Of a stretch of DNA of 64,000 nucleotides, positions 10,060-18,906 are shown one piece after another. The stretch's first letter is position 1. Each line of letters begins with the position of its first letter. Location: contig CAIQHB010000002.1 in NCBI GenBank assembly GCA_903871465.1, positions 780 through 64,779 on the forward strand, given 5' to 3'. A model generated the notes under the pieces. That model saw only the letters and a program-made list of their open reading frames with translations, was not told the origin of the DNA and ran no database searches. The position numbers and the translations under genes were made by a program. The stretch is from an uncultured Methanosarcinales archaeon. GTDB lineage: Archaea; Halobacteriota; Methanosarcinia; Methanotrichales; Methanotrichaceae.

Positions 10060-10284
10060 CTATCTAAAATGAACCACAGTGTAAAACTTGTAAACTAATA
10101 TGGCCACGAGCATTATTAAATAGAGTCTAAGGATAAGGAGCATAGCCTTAACAAGAGGCGTCATCTTCAGCCGAGGCTGGCTGTATTTCTTGTTGATCTC
10201 CTTTATCTTGGCAGTCCATCCGTTAGTTATCCGGCTGATCCAGTTCTCATCTTCCTCGTAATAGCACACATTATCCACGCTCAT
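10060..10284 (-). CDS. Small single-TM protein between the Nramp-like and MgtE-like genes
   Basis: 74 aa with a basic segment followed by hydrophobic MLLILRLYLIMLVAILVYKF; 2-nt and 11-nt gaps to neighbours. Confidence 0.7.
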   Translation of the reverse strand: MSVDNVCYYEEDENWISRITNGWTAKIKEINKKYSQPRLKMTPLVKAMLLILRLYLIMLVAILVYKFYTVVHFR

Positions 10285-10286
10285 CT

Positions 10287-11561
10287 TCAGAACATCTCCG
10301 GGAAGAGGACGCTTAAAGCGTACAGAGTCGATAGAGCGACAATCATAGCCACTATCGAGAAGCCAATTATATTCTGTGCCAGAGTGTTCTTGTATTTTCC
10401 CATTAGTTCCTCCTGGTTGAGCAGTAATATCAAGAACACCAGAGCGGCAGGAAGCAAAGTGACAGCGATCACCTGCACGAATAAGGTTATGAGAACTAAA
10501 GGCGCCCCTGGAATTAAGACCACAGTGCCTGCTGCAACCAGGCTCACAAAATAAAACGCATAGAACATGGGTGCTTCAGATACCTTGTTGTTGATGGAGT
10601 GCGTCCAGCCAAAGACTTCGCCCATGGCCCATGAGCTGGCCAAAGATATGCAAATTGCCCCTAAGAGTCCTGCATCAAATAGGCCAATGGCTAGGGCAGA
10701 TCCGACCAGAGGATGGCTGCCCATGATAACCTGCGCTGCCTGAGCGGCATTTTCTATATCCGTGCCATCAGGAGGTTTGTAAAGCAGCATACCCGTAAGA
10801 ATCATGACAAACGCTGCAACAAATATGACGAAGAAGGACCCGATCACTGTGTCGAATCTTGCCCAGGGCATATCCTTCTCGGTGAGTCCTTTATCCACCA
10901 CGGAGCTCTGATGGAAGAATAACATCCAGGGAGCGATCGTCGTTCCTATGTTGGCCATCAGGAAGAAGAAGATATTCGGAGTTATGCCGTTAGGAAAATA
11001 GGGAATTAGACTCCTTTGGATTTGGTTGAAGTCAGGGTGGAGAAGCAAAGTGGCCGGGATATAAATCAGGTTCAATCCGCAGAATAGAAGCACAATCTTT
11101 TCCCATGTCCAGTATCTCCCATTCATGACTATGATGATCATCAGAATCGACACGCATATCACTGTTACTACCGGCGGCACGCCAAAGACCTTCATGGCAG
11201 CAGTCATTCCGACAAATTCCGAGATCAATGTAAGGAAATCCAGAAAGCCTAAGTCAATTAGCGAGAACCATCCCCAAAAAGGCCCAAAGGCATCGAAAAT
11301 GGCTTCCGCATGTCCTCGTTTGGTGACAACTCCCAATCTTACACACATCTCTTGAACCGCAAAAGCTGCTGGGCCAAGCAGTATCACAAACCATATCAGG
11401 CTGTAACCGAATTTGGCTCCAGTGGCCGCATACGTTGTAATTCCGCCAGCATCGTTATCCGCCACCATCACAATTATGCCCGGGCCAGCAAGCGCCAAGT
11501 ATAGGCTCAACCATTTTACAAACCTGCGATACTTATAGAAAAGGCGGGCCCAGAACTCCAT
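10287..11561 (-). CDS. Nramp-family divalent metal transporter with NRMT-type (Mg2+) signature
   Basis: About 11 TMs; DNDAGGITTY replaces the MntH DPGN motif; QEMCVRLG and GTTIAPWMLFF motifs. Confidence 0.85.
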   Translation of the reverse strand: MEFWARLFYKYRRFVKWLSLYLALAGPGIIVMVADNDAGGITTYAATGAKFGYSLIWFVILLGPAAFAVQEMCVRLGVVTKRGHAEAIFDAFGPFWGWFSLIDLGFLDFLTLISEFVGMTAAMKVFGVPPVVTVICVSILMIIIVMNGRYWTWEKIVLLFCGLNLIYIPATLLLHPDFNQIQRSLIPYFPNGITPNIFFFLMANIGTTIAPWMLFFHQSSVVDKGLTEKDMPWARFDTVIGSFFVIFVAAFVMILTGMLLYKPPDGTDIENAAQAAQVIMGSHPLVGSALAIGLFDAGLLGAICISLASSWAMGEVFGWTHSINNKVSEAPMFYAFYFVSLVAAGTVVLIPGAPLVLITLFVQVIAVTLLPAALVFLILLLNQEELMGKYKNTLAQNIIGFSIVAMIVALSTLYALSVLFPEMF

Positions 11562-11909
11562 ATCGTCACCCCTCCGGGATATCTAATGCTGCTCTCTGAA
11601 GACCTTGACCTGCTCGGTCTCTTAGTTGATTTCTGAATGCCTGCATATGCGCAGCTCCCAAATTGTTGACGACCTACAGATGATCGTATTGTAGGGATGC
11701 TCAGTTATCTTAATGATAAGCGTCCCGTTCATTATTTATTAAGTTTATGGCACATATTTGCCATCATATGCATTCCATTGGCAAATTACCAATAAGACGC
11801 ATCAATGCCAAGCAAATACCTGATGCAAACTCAATTGGGTAAGCTTTTATATAGTATCTTGGTCCTACATTAATAAATTCAATGCATTTAAGGAGAAAAT
11901 CAGATAAAC

Positions 11910-12368
11910 ATGGGCAATAGATCGGAGTTGGATGAAATAGATTCCAATATTCTTAGATTTCTCCAGCAAAATTCGAGAATGAGCTATTTAGAAATATCTC
12001 GTCAGATGGGCATCTCAGATGCAACGATACAGCTCAGGATTAGGCGCTTGAAGGAGCGCGGAATCATAAAGAAGTTTACAGTAATAGTAGATCCTGCGTC
12101 CATCGGTTATGCGGTGGCTGCTATCATGCTCGTGCAAATCGATGCCGATAGGCATGATGCAGCCAAAAATGAGCTTTCAAAGATCCCCGAGATCTCGGAG
12201 ATCTATAGTGTGCTGGGGGAGTATGATCTATTTATCAAAGTCTGGGCCAGAAGCCTTGAAGAGCTCAACGAATTCATAAACGATAAAATAAGATCGATAG
12301 AGGGCATTAAGGATCTTCTGGAGATTGTTATCGTTGAGAGGGTGAAAGAAGAGTCTTTCTCTGTATAA
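11910..12368 (+). CDS. Lrp/AsnC-family transcriptional regulator
   Basis: LDEID..IL..LQ.NSR.S..EI, HTH, and GEYDLFIKV RAM domain. Confidence 0.9.
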   Translation: MGNRSELDEIDSNILRFLQQNSRMSYLEISRQMGISDATIQLRIRRLKERGIIKKFTVIVDPASIGYAVAAIMLVQIDADRHDAAKNELSKIPEISEIYSVLGEYDLFIKVWARSLEELNEFINDKIRSIEGIKDLLEIVIVERVKEESFSV

Positions 12369-12412
12369 CGCATCAGTTTTTCAGTTCATGTACTAGAGTC
12401 GAGGCGGGTCCA

Positions 12413-13500
12413 TTGATTACGCGATTGTTATCCTATAAGATGTCGGAAATAGGTCTGGTGCTTTTAACGATTGCGATTATATTAAGCATAGGCACTATTG
12501 CTGCTCAATTTCCAGTTGGTGCCACCAGTCGCATGGCTGACCCAATCGACAGCTCAGGACGCAAGGAGATAACCTGGGATTACGCGGTGGGAAGTGCGGA
12601 GCACGGTTTTAATGGCACTCTCTTTCTCACGGAAAAGTATGGTAGATAAAACCTCACCCCTTCTTTCGACGCTAAAATGGGACCCTCGGATAGTCTAGAG
12701 CCTGCTCTACTCCAGGACTCCCTTTCCAGGTACAAGATCACCCATAACCAGACCAATCTTGCCTATGCCCGATCGGCAGCAGACTCTTTGAAAGAATATA
12801 TGTTGAACGATAAGGGATTAATCAGGAATTGCGGCCGCAAAGCAGGCGCTAGCGATTCCGATCCCCGGACTCAAACTTTTATCTGCTCCCGGCCATATCG
12901 ATCTGGCGATATACGATCCCTCATACAAGCCCCTGGTCGAAAAGGTTGCCTATGGAATAGTGCGCTACGGATTGAGTGAAAAAGACATTCCTTATGGTGC
13001 AATATATCTCGATGGTAGTGTGGCAGATACGAAAACCGGCTTGCCCTCCAACGGCGGCGAGGATGGCACGGTATCCATAACTATCATGGGTCTGCTGCGC
13101 GCTTACCAAGCAACTGAGAACCCGGTTTTCTTGAATAAAAGCAGGGACATACTACTTTCGTTGTGGGACAACATGTGAATGCTACCAGGTTCTACCACTA
13201 TCACCCCTAAGGCAACCATACGGATGTGGACGTTGAGACCTTCCGGCCTGATCCAAAATACTACGGGCTTACCGTAATCTCGGCCTGCGACGAGTTCGCG
13301 TCTCTGGTGACCCTTCTGTTTAAAACGACGCCCAATGTCAGAATGGCCTGGGAGATCTTTCCGCGGGGAGATTGCACATTGGGGCCCTTTTCAACGTCTC
13401 ACAGCGATGATGTTGCTCTGGAGATGCCGATCCTGGCCTTTGTGGACACCAGAGCCAGAAGCACCTCCAATCCCTTGCCTCAGCAGCAGCTAATATTCTC
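12413..13500 (+). pseudogene. Fragmented gene for a secreted or membrane-anchored protein, possibly an (alpha/alpha)-barrel
   Basis: Consecutive short protein-like ORFs in shifting frames: a signal-like N-terminus, then AYARSAADSLKEYM and LLRAYQATENPVFLNKSRDIL. Confidence 0.45.
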
Positions 13501-13543
13501 AGATAGCATGGGTTCGTTAGAGCAGTCTCATAACACCCATTTT

Positions 13544-14248
13544 TCAACCCAGAGCCAGGCTTCTTACCTTCTCCACCAGCTCCGCCCGGATGGCGCTCTT
13601 GCGGTCTCCCCCGCAAACGATGCCCCGCACGCCGATGATGTCCGGCTGCAAGCGACGGAGAAGCTCCAGATGCCGGAAGTCGATGCTGCCGGCCAGAGCC
13701 ACTTCCAGACCGTAGTCGTGGCCGAGATTAATAAAATTCAGCAAATCCTGCTCGCCCATGAAGTCGAAGGTCGGCTTTCCGTCTTTGATTGCCGTGTCCA
13801 CCATGACCAGGTCAGCGCCGGCTTTTGCTGCAGCGGCCGGCAAGAGCAGGGGCGAGATGGAGCCGACTCGGGCATAGTCGGAGTAGCCTGATGCCACCAC
13901 CTTTTTCTGTGGATCCAAGTCCTTGACCGCACGCACAATACCCTCCAGCATCTCTTCCGCTTGGAGAGGAGTCTTCACGCCCAGAAGACCCGCCTTGATA
14001 TATTCTGCGCCAGAAGCCGCCGCGCCCAAGGCCGCCAGGCTTGCTGTGCCTGGTTTAAACTCCAGATCGCCGATAGTAGCACTCACAGGCACTCGACCTC
14101 TGGCCAGATCCGCCACGGCCCTGATGGCCCAGGGAAAGTTCGCGCCTAAAGAACCTTCACGGGGATTCTTCACGTCCAGGATGTCTGCGCCGCCAGCCAG
14201 TGCTGCGCGCGCCTCTTCGATATTCATGGGGCTAACCAACAATCTCAT
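13544..14248 (-). CDS. mfnB: 4-HFC-P synthase (methanofuran biosynthesis, DUF556)
   Basis: MRLLVSP..EEA..A..GGADILDVKNP.EGSLGANFPW, VSATIGD, YIKAGL, MVDTAIKDG, VALAGS and IIGVRG. Real start is ATG 14248. Confidence 0.9.
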   Translation of the reverse strand: MRLLVSPMNIEEARAALAGGADILDVKNPREGSLGANFPWAIRAVADLARGRVPVSATIGDLEFKPGTASLAALGAAASGAEYIKAGLLGVKTPLQAEEMLEGIVRAVKDLDPQKKVVASGYSDYARVGSISPLLLPAAAAKAGADLVMVDTAIKDGKPTFDFMGEQDLLNFINLGHDYGLEVALAGSIDFRHLELLRRLQPDIIGVRGIVCGGDRKSAIRAELVEKVRSLALG

Positions 14249-14276
14249 ATTCACCCAATCCCGACAGGAGCAAATT

Positions 14277-14966
14277 GTGCGATGCATCTTCGTCCTCGAT
14301 ATACTTAATGGTGCTGTTGTCCATGCCGTGCGAGGAGAGCGGAACCTGTATGAGCCCATAGCCGGTTACAGCAAGATCGTCTCATCTTCCGGGCCGCTGG
14401 ATATTCTTCATGAGCTCCGTCCTCAGGAGGTCTACATCGCAGACCTGAATCTGCTGACGGGCAACGGCGAAAATCTGGCGATAATTAAAGAAATATCAGG
14501 TATGGCAAAGACCATGGCGGATACCGGCATCTCGAAGGCAACCGATCTGGATCGCCTGCCGGCATCCGTCTGCCCAATCCTGGGAACGGAGACCGCCCCG
14601 TTTAAGCTGATGGAAGAGTTGGCCCCACTGCGAAAAATCTTAGTAAGCCTTGATATGAAGAACCGGAAGATACTGGCCCGCGATGCATTGCTGGCAGCCG
14701 AAACGCCATTGCAGGTTCTTAATAAGTTGAACCGCCTGCCGCTGGAAGGCGTCATCCTCCTGGAGCTTAACCGGGTAGGCACTTCTTCAGGTCCGGATAT
14801 GGCATTCCTGGAAAAGGCCATGGACATCTCCAAGCACCCCCTGATCCTCGGCGGTGGCGTGAAGGATGAGGATGACCTGCGGGCTCTGGATGAAATCGGT
14901 TTTTCAGGAGCGATGGTGGCCACGGCAGTGCATAATGGCTGTGTGCCCGTTGAGTGGATACAGTGA
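14277..14966 (+). CDS. HisA/HisF-related TIM-barrel protein (H4MPT/methanofuran-linked family)
   Basis: GTG start MRCIFVLDILNGAVVHAVRGER..Y.P; YIADLN, ILGTET, VSLDMK and LILGGGV motifs. Confidence 0.8.
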   Translation: MRCIFVLDILNGAVVHAVRGERNLYEPIAGYSKIVSSSGPLDILHELRPQEVYIADLNLLTGNGENLAIIKEISGMAKTMADTGISKATDLDRLPASVCPILGTETAPFKLMEELAPLRKILVSLDMKNRKILARDALLAAETPLQVLNKLNRLPLEGVILLELNRVGTSSGPDMAFLEKAMDISKHPLILGGGVKDEDDLRALDEIGFSGAMVATAVHNGCVPVEWIQ

Positions 14967-15312
14967 CAAGAATTGACATTTACGTAACATCTGAAATGTA
15001 TAGGGTTTTTGGTTTTCAGAGAAAGATCGCGTCACTTGGAGATTGAGAGATTTCAGGGGATATCTCCTTTCCGATATCTGGCAAATCAAAGGGCTGGAGG
15101 AGCAGGAATATGGCCCAAAGCCTCCGAGCACCTCTCGGCCCGAGAGGCATCTGCTGCCATCTGATCGCCATGATCTAAGCCCCTCAAAAAGAGGTTGGAA
15201 TTAGCCTTCATACCCTAGCTCCTTATAATAGCCTTGGCAAAGGCAGCATTGGCTTCTGCTGTCTTGCCAAAATGCTTCACGAGCATTGCATTTGTTGGAG
15301 CTAGGTTGGGAT

Positions 15313-15771
15313 CTAGCGTCCAGCAGTAGTAGCTCCAACAGCAGTGTTTCCAGCAGTAGTAGCTCCAACAGCAGTGTTTCCAGCAGTAGTAGCTCCAACA
15401 GCAGTGTTTCCAGCAGTAGTAGCTCCAGCAGTAGTGGCTCCAACAGCGGTGTTTCCAGCAGTAGTGGCTCCAACAGCAGTGTTTTCAGCAGTAGCGGCTT
15501 CAACAGCAGCACTTGCAACAGCAACCCTAACAGCGGCGTCATCCTCACGGGCCTTGAAATGTGAATTGTAGGCCACCGAAACGATCGCGATAATAGCTCC
15601 CACGAGCGTGGTCAACAAGCCCATTAGTCCTTCTGGGACTGCGGGTCTATCTGGATATGCTACGATCAAAAGTATAATAGCAAGTCCAAAAAACGCTAGA
15701 AGACCTAACGCTAGTACAGTCAATATGAAACGAGTATTTTTAAGATCTTCCTTAAATATATCCCACATCAT
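15313..15771 (-). CDS. Hypothetical two-TM protein with a Thr/Ala/Gly repeat tail
   Basis: Two hydrophobic helices followed by (TAVGATTAGN)n. Confidence 0.55.
   Translation of the reverse strand: MMWDIFKEDLKNTRFILTVLALGLLAFFGLAIILLIVAYPDRPAVPEGLMGLLTTLVGAIIAIVSVAYNSHFKAREDDAAVRVAVASAAVEAATAENTAVGATTAGNTAVGATTAGATTAGNTAVGATTAGNTAVGATTAGNTAVGATTAGR
15321..15500. repeat. 30-bp tandem repeat (cagcagtagtagctccaacagcagtgtttc): three perfect units plus degenerate ones
   Basis: Directly visible; perfect units start at 15321, 15351 and 15381. Confidence 0.95.
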
Positions 15772-16284
15772 TCACCATCTCCATTGCTTGGTTCTCAGCC
15801 AATTTCTGCTTAAGATGGAACATGTTTTTAAGATTGAACTTAATATTAGTGTCTCTAATACTTTAAGTTATTGCTTTTTGTAGAGTAAGGATTTATCGAT
15901 GGAAATTCAAAATAACTAGTTTAATCAAACTGCGTGCGGCCACGCCGCCTTAAAGGACGGGGTATGCTCCGGGCCGCACGCCGCCGTTTTCCGGAATCCA
16001 GAAATCGTCGAGTCCTCTTTGCTTAGATTCCTTTATCTCCGCGATTAAGACTTTGCATTCGGATTTCTTTGAGTTATCACATCATAGCCATAGGCGGTGG
16101 CACCATATGAGGATAAGGTGCGAAAGAACCTCAGTTCTAGCGGAAGCAATGAGACTGAAAACTGCGCGAGAGTTCACTTCATCTCCCCACCTAAAGGTCA
16201 GGTGGGGCATGTGAAATTAAATATTGCGGCACCTAGCAGTGATGTAATTTCCAACCTTCACCATCTGCCTGAAGCTATTTGGAT

Positions 16285-16749
16285 TTAGCCCAGATTTCTT
16301 ATCGCTTCGACTACTTCATCTATTGGAGGCAGTTGCGGCAGATCGTAAACCTTAACCCAGGCTACTCTTCCGTCTTCATTCACAAGCACATTGGCCCTCT
16401 GGGAAAACCCCTCTGCTTCCCGGAATAGCCCGTAGAGAGATGCAACTCCTCCGTGTGGCCAGAAGTCCGCCAGTATTCCGGTATCAACTATCCCCAGGCT
16501 CTTTGCCCAGGCTTTTTTAGTGGGAACTGAATCAACGCTCAAGCCCACTGCAATGGTATTCAGAGAGTCAAAGCTCTTTTTATTCGCTTCCAGGGACTTC
16601 ATCTGTTCTGCACAGACCGATGTCCACGCAAGGGGGTGAAAAGATAGCAGCACTCTTTTCCTCGATTGCTCGGATAGCTTGAAATCCTTTCCATTCTGAT
16701 CTTTCAAAGAGAAATCCCTGAATCCGTCTCCGACCATTATGGTCTCCAT
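16285..16749 (-). CDS. Peroxiredoxin (AhpC/TSA, AhpE-like)
   Basis: FHPLAWTSVC peroxidatic motif and DFWPHG; ATG 16749 is the likely start. Confidence 0.85.
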   Translation of the reverse strand: METIMVGDGFRDFSLKDQNGKDFKLSEQSRKRVLLSFHPLAWTSVCAEQMKSLEANKKSFDSLNTIAVGLSVDSVPTKKAWAKSLGIVDTGILADFWPHGGVASLYGLFREAEGFSQRANVLVNEDGRVAWVKVYDLPQLPPIDEVVEAIRNLG

Positions 16750-16938
16750 TTGCTTCGTGTCAATTCTTATGAGCATCTTCTTCTCCAGAATAGGATTGAC
16801 GTTCAAATTATAAAGACGTTATTGGAATCGGGACGGTTTGCGTTCAGTTCGGGCGGAATGAGGTCCAGTCGTTCCAGTTCCGGATTTAGGAGAATCTTCT
16901 AACACCGAACTTTTTTCGGCAAATACGGATGCACTCTC

Positions 16939-17319
16939 TCAAAGAGTGTCCGGCGGGCATACAATCATATTTATATATCCCTGCAAAGTCTCGACCTTTT
17001 TCGCCTCTGTCGGCGTCCAGTTCTCATCAACCATAGGCTCCCACGGTCCGCCTTTCTTGCACCACTTCATGAGATCTTCCACGCTATAAAATCCAGAAGA
17101 CATTCCGTTGGATCTATCCTCGAAAAACCCAAAGAATCTCTTGCCGATCGGCCCGTACTCCGCGAGATACCAGTGCATATTCTTTCCGTTAAAGAGATGC
17201 AGGTAAATCCATTCGGCCCCAGTGCAAAAGTGGAATTGCGATAAGTTGGGCAGACGGGTTAGATCGCTAGGTGTTAAATCGGTAAATTTCTTGGTCAAAT
17301 AATGGCCTCCATAGTCCAT
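16939..17319 (-). CDS. Hypothetical protein, DUF2958-like
   Basis: YLHLFNG..HWYLAEY...FFGF...SGFYSVEDL...W.P pattern resembles DUF2958 (judged by eye). Confidence 0.5.
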   Translation of the reverse strand: MDYGGHYLTKKFTDLTPSDLTRLPNLSQFHFCTGAEWIYLHLFNGKNMHWYLAEYGPIGKRFFGFFEDRSNGMSSGFYSVEDLMKWCKKGGPWEPMVDENWTPTEAKKVETLQGYINMIVCPPDTL

Positions 17320-17483
17320 GCATTATTTCTGATTGGTTCTTCATTAAGTATCCGCTCCAAGCCCCAGGCAACAGATCCTTCTTGTACGGTATCCTTACGG
17401 AAACGCTCTACTCTATATATGTAGGTATCCTAAATATACGTTTAAATGATGAAAATTTGATCTGATATCCCAGGAATATAGAC

Positions 17484-18335
17484 ATGACAGAGCCATTTGT
17501 AGATACTGAAACGGATAGAACCAAGTCCAGGTGGTTGGCAAATGCATATCATGACTTTGTGGCGGAGATCGGCAGATCGAGGACCACGCTCAGAGGATTA
17601 TTCTACTATGCACTGCAGCGGAAAGTATCAGATTATCCCATCTGTGGATGGTTCGTCGGCGAGATCAGGATTACAAGGCCATATCACGAGAGCGACGGGG
17701 AGAAGCTGCCTAAATGGATGGGCAAAGCAAGGAAGCTGGGATTCGTTCCCGCGGATGCCATACTGGACGAGATTCCTGGAGAGCATGTCTTCTTGCCAGA
17801 GCTTTGTCAGAAGAGACCCTATTCCATCGAAGTTTGGCTGAATAAGTCCGCTCTCAATCCACTATTATTTCCTATTTGTGAGAAACACGGCGTGACTCTC
17901 GTTTCAGTCAATGGCAAGGCTTCGGTTGATGCCATCAAGGCTTTTTACCAGCGCTGCAATGGTCCGACCGTCATCCTCTGCCTCTCCGACTTAAGCTCTG
18001 ACAGCGCATTCTTTTGCCGGGATCTGGCGACCAGGATAGCAGAATCGAAGATATCAGGAAGCGATACGAAGATAAAATTGAAACACATTGGTCTCAAGCC
18101 TGATCAGGTACTGGAGCTGAAGATTCCCATGGTCCAGGGAAGAGCGGATTCCAAAGAGAACCTGGAAAAGTTCAAGATGTATCTCAAACCTCGCTCCCTT
18201 GATTACAGAAAGATGGCGGAACTTGATGCCATGGAGGTCTATTATCCAGGGGGCATAGCAGGTTTCCTGGATAAATCGCTTTCCCAATACGGTTGCGACT
18301 TTAATCTCGATGATGAATCCTGGTTATGTATTTGA
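17484..18335 (+). CDS. Top6A/Spo11-like (winged helix plus Toprim) protein with degenerate acidic motifs
   Basis: TLRGLFYY, KARKLGFVP...ILD, IEVWLNKSAL, ILCLSDLSSDS, HIGL..DQV..L.IP and ELDAM motifs. Confidence 0.6.
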   Translation: MTEPFVDTETDRTKSRWLANAYHDFVAEIGRSRTTLRGLFYYALQRKVSDYPICGWFVGEIRITRPYHESDGEKLPKWMGKARKLGFVPADAILDEIPGEHVFLPELCQKRPYSIEVWLNKSALNPLLFPICEKHGVTLVSVNGKASVDAIKAFYQRCNGPTVILCLSDLSSDSAFFCRDLATRIAESKISGSDTKIKLKHIGLKPDQVLELKIPMVQGRADSKENLEKFKMYLKPRSLDYRKMAELDAMEVYYPGGIAGFLDKSLSQYGCDFNLDDESWLCI

Positions 18336-18472
18336 TTATCTCTTAATATGAGTGGTGGATAGAGAGGAGAGGGATCCAGACAATTTCGGGGTTTTCTGAA
18401 ACCCAAAGCCCTCTCCCAGAGTTCCCTATCCGCCGATGATTACGGATCAAGCATCCGTACTTATGCTGCGGC

Positions 18473-18631
18473 CTATGCAGGCTTTTTGCTTCCCAAAGCA
18501 ACCATGGCTATACCAGCGCCAGCAACTAATATATCTCCCACAACCATATTCATTATAGCGCCGCCTGAAGAGAATATCGCAGCTATTCCTATAAGGAACA
18601 ATGCTCCACCAACCATTGCACTCGTTTGCAT
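18473..18631 (-). CDS. Unannotated 52-aa two-TM microprotein
   Basis: MQTSAMVGGALFLIGIAAIFSSGGAIMNMVVGDILVAGAGIAMVALGSKKPA; SD GGAGGTGA upstream. Confidence 0.65.
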   Translation of the reverse strand: MQTSAMVGGALFLIGIAAIFSSGGAIMNMVVGDILVAGAGIAMVALGSKKPA

Positions 18632-18754
18632 TTCTTTCCTCACCTCCTATTTTGCAAAATTGTAACCTTATGACATTGGATTTGGTTCACAATTGCATGC
18701 GGAGTATAAATGCTTTATCGTCGACTGCAACGTTTGTAGAGTCCTAAGAGCTTG

Positions 18755-18885
18755 GCATTTTATACTTCTAAGAGTACGTAAACTTGGCCTAACTTGAAAG
18801 TTTACGCGAGCGTTGTGGCGGGGTTCAGCCATCATCCGCCGTGCAATTGAGGGCCAGAAAGAGATCATCAATCTCTCGACCCTCA
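18755..18885 (+). ncRNA. Copy 1 of a repeated TATA + palindrome + hairpin element (candidate ncRNA or leader)
   Basis: TTTATA 18759-64; CGTAAACTT-N12-AAGTTTACG; 45 nt identical to copy 2; terminal stem TGAGGG/CCCTCA with inner AGAGAT/ATCTCT. Confidence 0.55.
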
Positions 18886-18906
18886 TATCGTCACTCTCAA
18901 GTTCTG

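Noticed and set aside
11562-11740. M-box riboswitch upstream of the Nramp gene
   Set aside because: No recognisable M-box consensus; kept only as an unclassified leader
13923-14276. N-terminal part of the 347-aa ORF-track ORF
   Set aside because: Antisense shadow of mfnB; the HisA-like protein starts at GTG 14277
15321-15500. 30-bp repeat as a CRISPR array
   Set aside because: Units are contiguous with no unique spacers and are in frame in a coding region
16815-16890. GTTCCAG-like motifs as ORB origin boxes
   Set aside because: Poor match, no G-string and no cdc6/orc1 gene nearby
18755-18885. Element as a c-di-AMP (ydaO) or fluoride riboswitch controlling kdp
   Set aside because: Consensus motifs are absent, and the element is on the opposite strand and not upstream of the kdp genes
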